From an uncultured Pelagibacteraceae bacterium (GTDB taxonomy: Bacteria > Pseudomonadota > Alphaproteobacteria > Pelagibacterales > Pelagibacteraceae), in contig CACENP010000003.1 of the NCBI GenBank assembly GCA_902560815.1, forward strand, positions 22,246-86,245: a stretch of 64,000 nucleotides of DNA, in the 5' to 3' direction. Within the stretch, counting starts at the first letter, position 1, and the number at the start of each line of letters is the position of its first letter. The notes below the pieces were generated by a model. The model was given only the letters and a program-made list of their open reading frames with translations. It was not told where the DNA came from and did no database searches. Shown here piece after piece: positions 10,944 to 21,137 of this stretch. A program made the position numbers and the translations under genes.

Positions 10944-12110
10944 TTATCTAAAAAAGTGAAAAAATTTTTCAAAAAAGCCTTTATTTTTTGATTTTTTTTG
11001 AAGGAAATTTACTTCCTGAAATTTCCCAGACTGATTAAAATTAAATCCTGAGTCACAAATTGAAGTTGTATTTTCTTCAAAAAAACTAATTTTGCTGAAA
11101 AAATCAAATTTTTCTTCTAGATAAATGGAATTATTATTTAATATTTTAGATCCTTCTCCAATAAATATCAAAACGCAAGTATCAATATTTTTAAAAAATT
11201 TGTTAAAATATTCATCAGCTAAATTTAATTTAATAATTTCATCAACTCTGGCATGTATAACCTCGTTTGATAAATCTGAAGAATTAAAATCATTTGTTTT
11301 ATGTTCTTTTTTTACAAATGTAGTTTCTGTTTGATTCAAATTTTTTTTTATAGTCTCAGCGTCTTCTAGATTAATTTTTAAAAGTATTGAGATATCATTA
11401 GTTATATGTTTGCCCCCAACTGGTAAAATATTAAAATATAATATTCTACTTCCTTGAAAAACAGTGATTGCACTTTTTCCATAACCAATATCTAAAATAA
11501 CCTTTTTATTAAACTCATTAAATAAATTGCTATAGTTGCTTGATCTTACATAGCTCGAGGAATACAAATTATCTATTGTTAAATAGTTTTTATTAAATCC
11601 ATCTTGTAGATATTTCCAAACTTTATTTGAAAAACATATAAACTTTATTTCTAGGATTAAATAATCATAATTAATTTCTTTTTTAGGGATTTCAAAAAAT
11701 TCATTATCGTCAACAATAAATTTTTTTACTATCATGTGGATTATTTTTTGATTATGGTAATTCTTTTGAACTAAACTTTTTGCTTCATTCAATAAAGATT
11801 TAATATCATTTGGTAAATTTTTTTTGCTATCAAAATTTTTTTTTATTGAAATATTTATTGAAAACATATCTGGGGTATCAATCATTAAATTAATTTTATT
11901 TATATGCTTTTCTATTTTTTTTTCTGCAGATTTAATTAGGCCTCTAATAATTTCAGTAGAATTATTTATATCAAATTTTTTTAAATTAAAATTTGAAACA
12001 CAATCTCTTTCTGAAATAAATATATTTTTTGAAGTTTCATTATCGTATGCTCCTAATCTTATTTTTGAGGATCCAAAATCTATAAAAACATTTAAATTTT
12101 TTTCATTCAT
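10944..12110 (-). CDS. ftsA: cell division protein FtsA (divergent)
   Basis: DFGSSKI and LDIGYGKS phosphate motifs, VGGKHITNDIS, C-terminal amphipathic helix GFFEKFFHFFR, position after ftsQ. Confidence 0.85.
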   Translation of the reverse strand: MNEKNLNVFIDFGSSKIRLGAYDNETSKNIFISERDCVSNFNLKKFDINNSTEIIRGLIKSAEKKIEKHINKINLMIDTPDMFSINISIKKNFDSKKNLPNDIKSLLNEAKSLVQKNYHNQKIIHMIVKKFIVDDNEFFEIPKKEINYDYLILEIKFICFSNKVWKYLQDGFNKNYLTIDNLYSSSYVRSSNYSNLFNEFNKKVILDIGYGKSAITVFQGSRILYFNILPVGGKHITNDISILLKINLEDAETIKKNLNQTETTFVKKEHKTNDFNSSDLSNEVIHARVDEIIKLNLADEYFNKFFKNIDTCVLIFIGEGSKILNNNSIYLEEKFDFFSKISFFEENTTSICDSGFNFNQSGKFQEVNFLQKKSKNKGFFEKFFHFFR

Positions 12111-12789
12111 TAGATAAAATTAAATGATTTTTTATTCTTAAATCAATTATATTATTTTTTAAGTTTTTATTATTTAATATTCTACTAGCAATATTTATAG
12201 CTTCTTCTAAATTTTCTTTTGGAAATTTAATTGTCACATTATCTTTATTTTTTATATCTATCCTACCACTTGGATAAAAAAATATCTCTTTAATGTTATT
12301 ATAATTTATATTGGATTTATTTAAAAGTTTCTTAAAGTATACAAATTTTTCAGCAGTAAATTTTCCAAATACTAATGGTAGTTCTTCACTAATATTAAAG
12401 TTTTTAATGTTTACAAATTTGCCATTTGATCCGATAAAAAAGGATTCATTATTTTTTATCGTTTTAGCAAGAAATTCTGCTTGTTTTAATTCTAAAATAA
12501 TTTTTGAAGGGTATAGTTTAATAATACTATATTTTTCAATAAAATTATATTTTTTAATCTGGTCTATTAAAATTTTTTTATCAAGAAAAAAAATATTGGT
12601 ATTTTTTAAAAAGTCTAAATTCTCTTGTATCTCTAAATTTATTGCCTGATCTAAACCAGTAACCTCAATAGATTTTAAATTATAGAAAGATTCCTTTTTT
12701 TTTATAAATATTTGACTGTTAATAGAAGTAAGAAAAAATAGTAAAAAAAAAAGAAATAAAAAAAATTTTTTACCTGTCTTCTGATGCAT
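12103..12789 (-). CDS. ftsQ: cell division protein FtsQ/DivIB
   Basis: single TM, POTRA-like region (IEVTG, YPSKIIL), C-terminal IDLRI motif; dcw position. Confidence 0.85.
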   Translation of the reverse strand: MHQKTGKKFFLFLFFLLFFLTSINSQIFIKKKESFYNLKSIEVTGLDQAINLEIQENLDFLKNTNIFFLDKKILIDQIKKYNFIEKYSIIKLYPSKIILELKQAEFLAKTIKNNESFFIGSNGKFVNIKNFNISEELPLVFGKFTAEKFVYFKKLLNKSNINYNNIKEIFFYPSGRIDIKNKDNVTIKFPKENLEEAINIASRILNNKNLKNNIIDLRIKNHLILSNE

Positions 12790-13687
12790 CTTTTATTATC
12801 CAATCAATTAATTTTAAAAAAGAGATTTTTTTGAATCTTGCTATTTCAGGCACTAAAGAAAGTGAAGTCATTCCTGGTTGTGTATTAATTTCTAAAAGAT
12901 AAAATTTATTTTTGTAAAATTTAAAATCTGACCTTGTTACACCCCTGCATCCAATAGCTTTGTGTGCCTTAAGAGCAATGTTTAATACTTCATTCATTTT
13001 TTTATTATTTATTTTAACTGGAATAATATGCTCAGTTTTTGATTTTACATCATATTTTGCTTGATAATCATAAAATTTTCTTTTTGGGATAAGTTCTATC
13101 GCACCTAATTTTCTTTTTCCCATAATTGCAACTTGAATTTCTCTTCCGGGAATATACTTTTCTATCATCACCTCCTTATAAGGGGAAAGTTTATTCAATT
13201 TTTTAAAAAAATCTTTTTTATTGCATATATAGACTTCTACACTAGAACCCTCATTAAATGGTTTAATTACAACTGGAAAACCCAATTTAGATTTTATTTT
13301 TTTAATTAGTCCTTTTTTTTTTATTAATTTGTTAAATTTAAACTTAATATATTTAGGGGTTAAAATATTATTTTTAGAAAATACTTTTTTTGAAATCTCC
13401 TTATCAATCGCTATTGAAGAAGACAATACGCCTGAATGAGTATATTTTATTTTTTCAGACTCTAATATTGACTGTATATATCCATCTTCTCCATATCTAC
13501 CATGTAGAGCATTAAATACTACATTAGGTTTAAATGATCTTATATTTTTAATTAAATGACCGTTCGGTTCGATAATTTTGACATTATATTTTTTTTTTAT
13601 CTGATTAAAAACTCCTTTTGCTGTTTTTAAACTAATTTCTTTTTCTTTTGAAAAACCTCCTGCGAGAATTAAAATTTTTTTTTTCAT
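12770..13687 (-). CDS. ddl: D-alanine--D-alanine ligase
   Basis: GGFSKEKEISL, LHGRYGEDG, EGSS, LEINTQPGMT. Confidence 0.96.
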   Translation of the reverse strand: MKKKILILAGGFSKEKEISLKTAKGVFNQIKKKYNVKIIEPNGHLIKNIRSFKPNVVFNALHGRYGEDGYIQSILESEKIKYTHSGVLSSSIAIDKEISKKVFSKNNILTPKYIKFKFNKLIKKKGLIKKIKSKLGFPVVIKPFNEGSSVEVYICNKKDFFKKLNKLSPYKEVMIEKYIPGREIQVAIMGKRKLGAIELIPKRKFYDYQAKYDVKSKTEHIIPVKINNKKMNEVLNIALKAHKAIGCRGVTRSDFKFYKNKFYLLEINTQPGMTSLSLVPEIARFKKISFLKLIDWIIKDASEDR

Positions 13688-14596
13688 TTATTCTACTAAA
13701 ACAATTTCTAGATCTAATTTTATTCCAGTTTTATTTTTTACATTTTCTTTAACAAATTCTATTAATTTTTTCATATCTTTATAACTTGCATTATTTTTAT
13801 TTATAAAAAAGTTCGCGTGCTTGTCTGATATAATAGCATCTCCAAATTGAGTTTTATTTGGTACTGACTCCTTAATTATTTCCCAAACTTTTCTATTAGT
13901 TTGTTCTATTGGATTCTTAAAGGTGCTTCCACCAGTTTTAATTCTTGTTGGTTGAGCTTTTTCTTTTTTAGCTTTTAATTTTTTTACTTCTTGTTCTATT
14001 TTATCTCTTTTATCTTTATTTCCTTTAAAAGATGCACTTAAAAAAATTAAATCCTTTGCTAAGTTGCAAGATCTATAACCAAATATTATATCTTTCGAAG
14101 GAATTGTTAAAACTTCACCTAATCTATTGATAGCTTGTACTGAAATTAAAATATCCTTAAATTCTCTTCCAAAACATCCAGAGTTCATTCTAATACCTCC
14201 TCCTATTGTGCCAGGTATACAAGACAAGAATTCAAATCCACCTAAATTATTTTCTGCAGCAAATTCAGACAATGATTTATCCAAAACTCCGCTTCCAGCA
14301 ATTATAGTATTTTCATTTAATAGCGAAATTCTTGAAAAATTTTTACTTAGTTTTATTACTGCTCCTTTAAATATATCATCTTTAAACAAAACATTTGAAC
14401 CTGCGCCTATAACAAATATTTTCTCCTCACTTTTACATATTTTTAAGAATTCGATTAAATCATGAAGATTGTCGGGCTTAAAATAAATATTGGCATCTCC
14501 TCCAATATTAAACCAATTAAGCTTTTTGAGACTATGATTAAAATATATACTTTTACTAAATTTTTTAAATCTATTATCAAATCTTTCAATATTCAT
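13688..14596 (-). CDS. murB: UDP-N-acetylenolpyruvoylglucosamine reductase
   Basis: GAGSNVL, IPGTIGGGIRMNSG, GSTFKNP, HANFFIN. Confidence 0.96.
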   Translation of the reverse strand: MNIERFDNRFKKFSKSIYFNHSLKKLNWFNIGGDANIYFKPDNLHDLIEFLKICKSEEKIFVIGAGSNVLFKDDIFKGAVIKLSKNFSRISLLNENTIIAGSGVLDKSLSEFAAENNLGGFEFLSCIPGTIGGGIRMNSGCFGREFKDILISVQAINRLGEVLTIPSKDIIFGYRSCNLAKDLIFLSASFKGNKDKRDKIEQEVKKLKAKKEKAQPTRIKTGGSTFKNPIEQTNRKVWEIIKESVPNKTQFGDAIISDKHANFFINKNNASYKDMKKLIEFVKENVKNKTGIKLDLEIVLVE

Positions 14597-15993
14597 TACT
14601 TAATAAGTTTTGGTAAATCTCTGATCCAGTTAGAGATTGACCCAGCGCCCATGCCTATTACTATTTTATTACCATATATATTTTGTTTTACATATTTTAT
14701 AAGATCTAAGTTGTTATTAATTAATGTTAATTTAACTTTTGAATTTTTTATTATTTTTTTTGCAAAGCTATTATAAGTGAATTCTAACTTTATATTTTCA
14801 CCTGCTTTATAAATTGGACATAAAATTACAGTATCAGCTTTTTTGAATGATCTTGAAAACTCTTCATGTAAGTTTTTTACTCTAGAAATTCTGTGAGGTT
14901 GAAATATACATATGATTTCTTTATCTTTGTAAACTTCTCTAACGCCATCCAGAACTTCGGCTATCTCTGTTGGATGATGTGCATAATCATCAAAAAATGG
15001 AACATTTTGAAAAGTAAAAACTTTAGTAAATCTTCTTTGTACTCCAGAAAATTTTTCTAGTCCTTTTTTTATAATTTTAATTGGTATCCCAACTGAAAAT
15101 GCAACTGCTGCTGCTGCTGTTGAATTTCTAATATTATGTAAACCGATTAAAGGAATTTTAATATTTTTTATTAATTTTTCTTTTGAGCCTGGTAGATTAA
15201 TTTTGATATCAAATTTTGAATAGTTTTCATTTTGTAAAATGTTTAATATTTTAAAATTTGATAATTTATCTGTTCCATAAGTATTATAATTCAAGTTTCT
15301 AATTTTTTTAATAACTTGCTTATTAATTTTATCATCTAAACATATAAACGTTTTTCCAAATGAAGGAGTTTTTTCGATAAAATTAATAAAATTATTTTTT
15401 AAAATTTCTAAAGATTTATAATAATCTAAATGTTCTTTATCTATATTTGTAACGATAGAATAAGTTGGGGGTATTTTTGTAAAACTTCCATCAGATTCAT
15501 CGGACTCCAAGATACACCACTCACTTTTTCCCAGCCTTGCAGAGCCACTAAATGAATTAAGAACTCCTCCATTTATAACAGTGGGATCAATTTTTGCATG
15601 TGAAAAAATATTTGATATTAATGAAGTGGTTGTAGTTTTTCCGTGTGATCCCGCAACAACTACATTTTTCATTAAAGAAACAACATTGGCAAGCATTTCA
15701 CCTCTAGTATAAATTGGTATTTTTCTTTTTTTTGCAAACAGTACTTCTGAATTATTTTTTTTGATTGCAGATGAAATAACTAAAATAGTTGATTTATTAA
15801 TATTTTGTTTTTTATGTCCTATATAAATTTTAATATTTTTTTGTTTAACTCTATCTATATTTTTATTAGTTGAAATATCGCTTCCTTGTACTTTAAATCC
15901 TAACTCTTTCATTATAATGGCCAGGCCGCTCATTCCAATGCCACCAATTCCTACAAAATGAATTAATTCTGATTTTGCTAATTTAATTTTCAT
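14596..15993 (-). CDS. murC: UDP-N-acetylmuramate--L-alanine ligase
   Basis: HFVGIGGIGMSG, AGSHGKTTT, ESDESDG, DDYAHHPTE, FQPHR. Confidence 0.97.
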   Translation of the reverse strand: MKIKLAKSELIHFVGIGGIGMSGLAIIMKELGFKVQGSDISTNKNIDRVKQKNIKIYIGHKKQNINKSTILVISSAIKKNNSEVLFAKKRKIPIYTRGEMLANVVSLMKNVVVAGSHGKTTTTSLISNIFSHAKIDPTVINGGVLNSFSGSARLGKSEWCILESDESDGSFTKIPPTYSIVTNIDKEHLDYYKSLEILKNNFINFIEKTPSFGKTFICLDDKINKQVIKKIRNLNYNTYGTDKLSNFKILNILQNENYSKFDIKINLPGSKEKLIKNIKIPLIGLHNIRNSTAAAAVAFSVGIPIKIIKKGLEKFSGVQRRFTKVFTFQNVPFFDDYAHHPTEIAEVLDGVREVYKDKEIICIFQPHRISRVKNLHEEFSRSFKKADTVILCPIYKAGENIKLEFTYNSFAKKIIKNSKVKLTLINNNLDLIKYVKQNIYGNKIVIGMGAGSISNWIRDLPKLIK

Positions 15994-17083
15994 TGAAATA
16001 TTTTATAAGTTTTTTATTAATATTTTGCCAAGTATTATTTTCATTTAGTTTTTTAAGATTATTTTTTTTTAAAAAGTACTCATTTTTATCAACCATAATT
16101 CGATCAATTATTTTGTAAATGTCTCCAGGCATAAAGTTTTTTTCTTCCAATATCCAGCAGCAATTTAAATCAAAGTATCTTTTTGCGTTCCAAAATTGAT
16201 GGTTATCTATTGCGTGGGGAAAAGGAATTGCGATAAAAGGAATATTTAAGTGTGTTAGTTCAGCTAGAGTTGAAGCTCCCGCTCTTGTAATAGCAATATC
16301 AAAGTTATTTTCTTTACATAAAAAGTTGCTTTCAAAAAAAAATAAATTATTTCTAATATTATTTTTTTCATATTCTTGTTTATAATTTTCAATATCAAAA
16401 CCAGAAGATAATTGCTGGGTCACTTCTACCTCATATTTTGAAGCTGACTCAATAATTTCGTTTTTTAATTTTTTACTAAAAAACAATGATGCCTGACTTC
16501 CACCAATAATTAAAATTTTTAAAATTTTGCTACTTAATTCTCTGGATTTTTTATTCAAATAAAAACATTTATTTAAAAGAGGATCGATTGTAATGTTCTT
16601 ACGAGCTGACATAACTTTATTTCTTTTATTTAAGTTTTTGTCAGTATTGTTTGAAATATCTTTATCATAGCACAAAATATTATTAGAAAATTTTAATAAA
16701 ATTTTGTTTGATCTTCCAATAATAGAGTTTGGTTCAATTAAAAAAATTTTTATATTAAAAATTTTAGCCGCTAAAACAATAGGGAGAGACATATATCCTC
16801 CAGTACTAATTATAATATCAAATTTATTATAACTAAAATGTATTACTGATTTAATAAATGCGATTAACAAAAAAATTATTTTTATAGGAAAAAGGTAACC
16901 TTTTTCAGGAATTTGCTTTACCTCAAAAATTGTTTTATCTATATTTTTTGGTATGTACTTTGTTCCTCTAACATCAGTATAAAGCTTTACATCAAAATCG
17001 TTTCTTAAATGATCATATAGATTTAATGCTGGTATAACATGGCCTCCTGAGCCACCAGTACTAATTAATATTTTTTTTTTCAC
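15983..17083 (-). CDS. murG: lipid II N-acetylglucosaminyltransferase MurG
   Basis: GGSGGHVIPA, GGYMS, GGSQ, RAGASTLAE, HQFWNA. Confidence 0.94.
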   Translation of the reverse strand: MKKKILISTGGSGGHVIPALNLYDHLRNDFDVKLYTDVRGTKYIPKNIDKTIFEVKQIPEKGYLFPIKIIFLLIAFIKSVIHFSYNKFDIIISTGGYMSLPIVLAAKIFNIKIFLIEPNSIIGRSNKILLKFSNNILCYDKDISNNTDKNLNKRNKVMSARKNITIDPLLNKCFYLNKKSRELSSKILKILIIGGSQASLFFSKKLKNEIIESASKYEVEVTQQLSSGFDIENYKQEYEKNNIRNNLFFFESNFLCKENNFDIAITRAGASTLAELTHLNIPFIAIPFPHAIDNHQFWNAKRYFDLNCCWILEEKNFMPGDIYKIIDRIMVDKNEYFLKKNNLKKLNENNTWQNINKKLIKYFNEN

Positions 17084-18204
17084 TATTTTATTTTTCTTTT
17101 TGTTAAATTTAATATAATTCCCGACAATATAGATGTACTTATAATTGATGATCCTCCATAACTTAAAAAAGGCAATGTCATTCCAGTTGTTGGTAATAAC
17201 CTTATATTAACTCCAATATGAATAAAAGTTTGAAATAAAATTATTGATGCTATTCCAGCTAAAATTAATTTAACTTTGTCGTCATTTTCATCATCTATTT
17301 TTTTTAATATGTTATAAGATAATATTAGATAAATTATCATTATAGCTAAAACAATTATCACCCCAAACTCTTCAGAAATTACAGAAATAATATAGTCAGT
17401 ATGTGCTTCGGGAACATCTGATTTTAAAGTTCCTTCTCCAATTCCTTGGCCAAAAAATCCTCCATTTGAAATAGCTTCTGAAGCTCTTTCAGACTGATAA
17501 TTATTACCTGAGCTTGGATCTATAAATGAAAGTAATCTATTTTTTATATAGACAAACTTTGGAACATAAATAATTAAGTAAATTAATATTGAAAAAGTTA
17601 ATGCAAAAAATAGAAAGAAAAATAATAAATTGATTCCTGAAATAAATATTAGTGAAAACCATGTAAGTACGATTAATATAGTTTGACCTATATCAGGTTG
17701 AGAAATTAAAAATAAAATTACTGGGAAAATTAATAAAAAGCTGAATAAGTATTTAAAATAGATACTTTTTTGACTATTTAAAGTAAAAACAGTTGATATC
17801 ATTATTATCAAAAAAGGTTTTAAAATTTCTATAGGTTGAAACCTTGGAATTCCTGGTAAATCAATCCACCTTGCGGATCCTTTTACTTCTATGCCAATAA
17901 ATGGAACTAAAGCTAAAAATATAAAAAAAACTAAAAATAGATACTTGGAAATTAGAAATAACTTTTTTTGTTCAATTGCTGAGAAAGAAATTAAAATAAA
18001 AACTCCTAATAAAATAAAGAGTAAATGTTTTATAAAAAAATAATAAGTATTAGTATTTAATTTATCAGAAGCAATTATTGAAGTTGAGACTAGTGAAAAA
18101 AATAATCCAAGTGAAAAAAGAAATAATATTAAAAAAAATATAAATTTATCAATATTTTTCCACCAACCATAATAAAAATTAAATATTTTATTTAAATCAA
18201 ACAT
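17083..18204 (-). CDS. ftsW: SEDS peptidoglycan glycosyltransferase FtsW
   Basis: GSARWI, QPIEILK, QPDIG, PEAHTDYI, PTTGMTLPFLSYGGSS. Confidence 0.95.
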   Translation of the reverse strand: MFDLNKIFNFYYGWWKNIDKFIFFLILFLFSLGLFFSLVSTSIIASDKLNTNTYYFFIKHLLFILLGVFILISFSAIEQKKLFLISKYLFLVFFIFLALVPFIGIEVKGSARWIDLPGIPRFQPIEILKPFLIIMISTVFTLNSQKSIYFKYLFSFLLIFPVILFLISQPDIGQTILIVLTWFSLIFISGINLLFFFLFFALTFSILIYLIIYVPKFVYIKNRLLSFIDPSSGNNYQSERASEAISNGGFFGQGIGEGTLKSDVPEAHTDYIISVISEEFGVIIVLAIMIIYLILSYNILKKIDDENDDKVKLILAGIASIILFQTFIHIGVNIRLLPTTGMTLPFLSYGGSSIISTSILSGIILNLTKRKIK

Positions 18205-19489
18205 TTATTTTTTTTATAAATTTTGTTTTTTTGATTAAAAAGTTAAAATAATGTCCTCTTTCTTCAAAGTTCTTAAATTTGTCAAATGATGCTGCTGAGG
18301 GACTAAACAAAACATGAGAATGTTTATTTTGTTTTAATTTAATTTGATTAGCTATTTTTTTTAAAATATTTTCAAGATTATCGGTTGATATTGATAATAT
18401 TTTTTTATTTAATTTTTTTTTAAAAAAATTTATATCTTTTCCAAAAATATAACATTTAATATTTTTATAATACTTGGAAGGTAAATTAAATTCATCACCT
18501 TTTTTTGCCAATCCTCCAAGTATCCAATATATGTTTTTATAAGATTTAAGTAAATTTATACTCGAAGAAAAACTTGTAGATTTTGAATCATTTATAATAG
18601 TAATAAATTTATTCTTATAAATAACTTCTTGTCTAAATTCTAAACCTTTAAACAAATTAACTGTTTTTAAAAGCTTATATTTATTCAGTTTATATTTTTT
18701 AGCAAATTCAAATATAAAAAGTAAATTATTCAAATTATTAATATTATTAAAATAACTATTTGAAATTAATTTTTTTATACTATCATTATTTTTATTTATT
18801 TTAATAATTTTAGATAAATTTTTATATCTTTTTATTTCTCTATTTAAATATTTATTGTTTTCTATAAAAGCGTAATAATTTTTCCTTTGATTCAATATAA
18901 GTTTAAATTTAGCCTGAGTGTATCTTTGGATTGATTTGTGTCTCTCTAAATGATCTGGAGCAATGTTTAATATAAATGCATAGTCTGTTTTAAAGTATTT
19001 GCTATATTCAAGTTGATAAGATGAGACTTCAATCACAAAAACTGTAGTAGGCTTTATTTTTTTCTTAGACAAAATGGGTATCCCAATATTTCCAGCAAGA
19101 ATAACATCCTTTTTTTGATCTTTTAATATTTCAAAAAGTAATTTTGCTGTAGTTGATTTACCGTTAGTGCCTGTTATGGAAATTTTTAAATTTTTTTGAT
19201 TATTTAGATAAAAAATGTCGAGATCTGTTATTATTTTACTTCTATTTATTTTTAAATAATCTTTAAGCTTGCACCGATTTATATCAATACCGGGACTTAA
19301 AACTATATAGTCAAATTTGGTTATTTTTATTTTTTTTAATGATGTATAAAATTTATTTGGTTTTTTGTTATCATCATATATTAAAATTTTATTATATTTT
19401 TTTAAATAATTGTGTGCAGAAAATCCACTTTTTCCATATCCATAAATAAGAAATTTCTTATTTTTTAGATTATCATTCAAATTAGACAT
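18197..19489 (-). CDS. murD: UDP-N-acetylmuramoyl-L-alanine--D-glutamate ligase
   Basis: SPGI, ITGTNGKSTT, GNIG, EVSSYQL, NDSKST, SPSAASFD. Confidence 0.95.
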   Translation of the reverse strand: MSNLNDNLKNKKFLIYGYGKSGFSAHNYLKKYNKILIYDDNKKPNKFYTSLKKIKITKFDYIVLSPGIDINRCKLKDYLKINRSKIITDLDIFYLNNQKNLKISITGTNGKSTTAKLLFEILKDQKKDVILAGNIGIPILSKKKIKPTTVFVIEVSSYQLEYSKYFKTDYAFILNIAPDHLERHKSIQRYTQAKFKLILNQRKNYYAFIENNKYLNREIKRYKNLSKIIKINKNNDSIKKLISNSYFNNINNLNNLLFIFEFAKKYKLNKYKLLKTVNLFKGLEFRQEVIYKNKFITIINDSKSTSFSSSINLLKSYKNIYWILGGLAKKGDEFNLPSKYYKNIKCYIFGKDINFFKKKLNKKILSISTDNLENILKKIANQIKLKQNKHSHVLFSPSAASFDKFKNFEERGHYFNFLIKKTKFIKKINV

Positions 19490-20574
19490 TATCTTAATTT
19501 AAGAGTAGCAAGTCCTATCATCGCTAAAATAATTGATATAATCCAAAATCTAACTACAACAGTTGACTCGGCCCATCCCTTTTTTTCAAAATGATGGTGT
19601 ATTGGAGCCATTTTAAAAATTCTTTTTCCTGTTATCTTGTATGAAACTACTTGGACAATTACTGAAACTGCTTCTAAAACAAACAGACCTCCTGTTATAG
19701 CTAGAACAATTTCATGTTTTGTTATTATACCTACAGCTCCAAGAGAACCCCCCAGGGCTAATGATCCGGTGTCTCCCATAAATATTTTTGCTGGAGGTGC
19801 GTTAAACCAAAGAAAACCAATACATGCACCTATAATTGAACCACAGAACACTGCAACTTCTCCAACTCCTTGAATATATGGAATATGTAGGTATTCAGAA
19901 AATACAAGATTTCCTGTCACATAACTTATAAATGCAAAGCAGGATGCAACCAATATAACAGGAACTGTTGCGAGTCCATCTAAACCATCAGTTAAATTAA
20001 CAGCATTTGATGATCCAACAATTATAAATAGATAAAATGGAATAAAAAACCAACCAAGATTAATAACTAAATTTTTGAAAAAAGGAAAATACAAATTTTT
20101 TAATTCAGCCGAATTTACATAATAAGTTAAAATATATATTCCAATTAAAGCTATAATAATTTGAAAAATTATTTTAAATTTAAATGAAACGCCTCCAGAA
20201 CTTCCACTTTTTATTTTTTTGTAATCATCATATGCACCAAGAGCTCCTAGGCCACCAACAATTAATATTAAAAACCAATTATAAGGGTTTGATAAATCTG
20301 ACCATAATAATACTCCAGAAAAAATACCAATTAAAATTAGAATACCACCCATTGTTGGTGTTCCAATTTTTTTTACAATATGGTCCGTCGGGCCATCAGA
20401 TCTAATTGGGTTATGAATTTTTTTACTTGAAAAATAATTTATTATTGGATTTCCAATTAAAAAAACTATTAACATTGAAGTAAACATTGATAAACCAGTT
20501 CTTACTGTCAAATATCTAAAAACATTAAAGATAGGGTAGCTATCTACGAGGTTTGTAAATAGACTATACAACAT
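19489..20574 (-). CDS. mraY: phospho-N-acetylmuramoyl-pentapeptide transferase
   Basis: GTPTMGG, NAVNLTDGLDGLA, IFMGDTGS, MAPIHHHFE. Confidence 0.97.
   Translation of the reverse strand: MLYSLFTNLVDSYPIFNVFRYLTVRTGLSMFTSMLIVFLIGNPIINYFSSKKIHNPIRSDGPTDHIVKKIGTPTMGGILILIGIFSGVLLWSDLSNPYNWFLILIVGGLGALGAYDDYKKIKSGSSGGVSFKFKIIFQIIIALIGIYILTYYVNSAELKNLYFPFFKNLVINLGWFFIPFYLFIIVGSSNAVNLTDGLDGLATVPVILVASCFAFISYVTGNLVFSEYLHIPYIQGVGEVAVFCGSIIGACIGFLWFNAPPAKIFMGDTGSLALGGSLGAVGIITKHEIVLAITGGLFVLEAVSVIVQVVSYKITGKRIFKMAPIHHHFEKKGWAESTVVVRFWIISIILAMIGLATLKLR
20052..20083 (+). repeat. 32-bp segment of mraY that is copied, inverted, at 21141-21172
   Basis: aaccaagattaataactaaatttttgaaaaaa at 20052-20083 is the exact reverse complement of 21141-21172. 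Confidence 0.9.
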
Positions 20575-21097
20575 TAATTTTTCCTTTTTTTATATTTAAA
20601 GCAAGACTATTAAGACCAGTAGAATTAGAAGCTTTTATCATTAAATGATCATTATTATTTAAATCGTTTTTAATCAAATGATATATTTCGTTTTTATCTC
20701 TTAAAATTCGACCTCTTTTTTTTCTATCAATAGCATAAAAAGTTTCTTTTATGTCCCTTCCAATAACATAAACTTTTTTTATCGAAGTTTTATTGATAAT
20801 TTTAGACATTTTTTTGTGCAATTTTTTTGAAAATTTTCCAAGCTCGAGCATATCTCCTAATATTAAATATTTATTACTTTGATATTCTTTATCAAAATTT
20901 TCAATAGCAAACTTTAAAGAAAGTGGGTTAGAATTATAACTTTCATCAGTTAAATAAATTACTTTATTATTTAGCCTCACTTTTGATATGTCGCCTCGAG
21001 AAGGTGGTATTTTAAAGTTATAAAATAAATTTTCATTAATATTATTTAAATCATAAAATTCTGAAATTAAAGCTATTGATGCTAAAATATTATTCAA
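20564..21097 (-). CDS. murF: MurF C-terminal fragment (continuation of the interrupted murE-murF fusion)
   Basis: DESYNSNPLS, ILGDMLELG, MIKASNSTG; the open frame extends upstream (KNKTKSFLIKKNLHPYLNN) to the break near 21141. Confidence 0.85.
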   Translation of the reverse strand: MNNILASIALISEFYDLNNINENLFYNFKIPPSRGDISKVRLNNKVIYLTDESYNSNPLSLKFAIENFDKEYQSNKYLILGDMLELGKFSKKLHKKMSKIINKTSIKKVYVIGRDIKETFYAIDRKKRGRILRDKNEIYHLIKNDLNNNDHLMIKASNSTGLNSLALNIKKGKINVV

Positions 21098-21137
21098 ATA
21101 AGGGTGTAAATTTTTTTTAATTAAAAAACTTTTTGTT

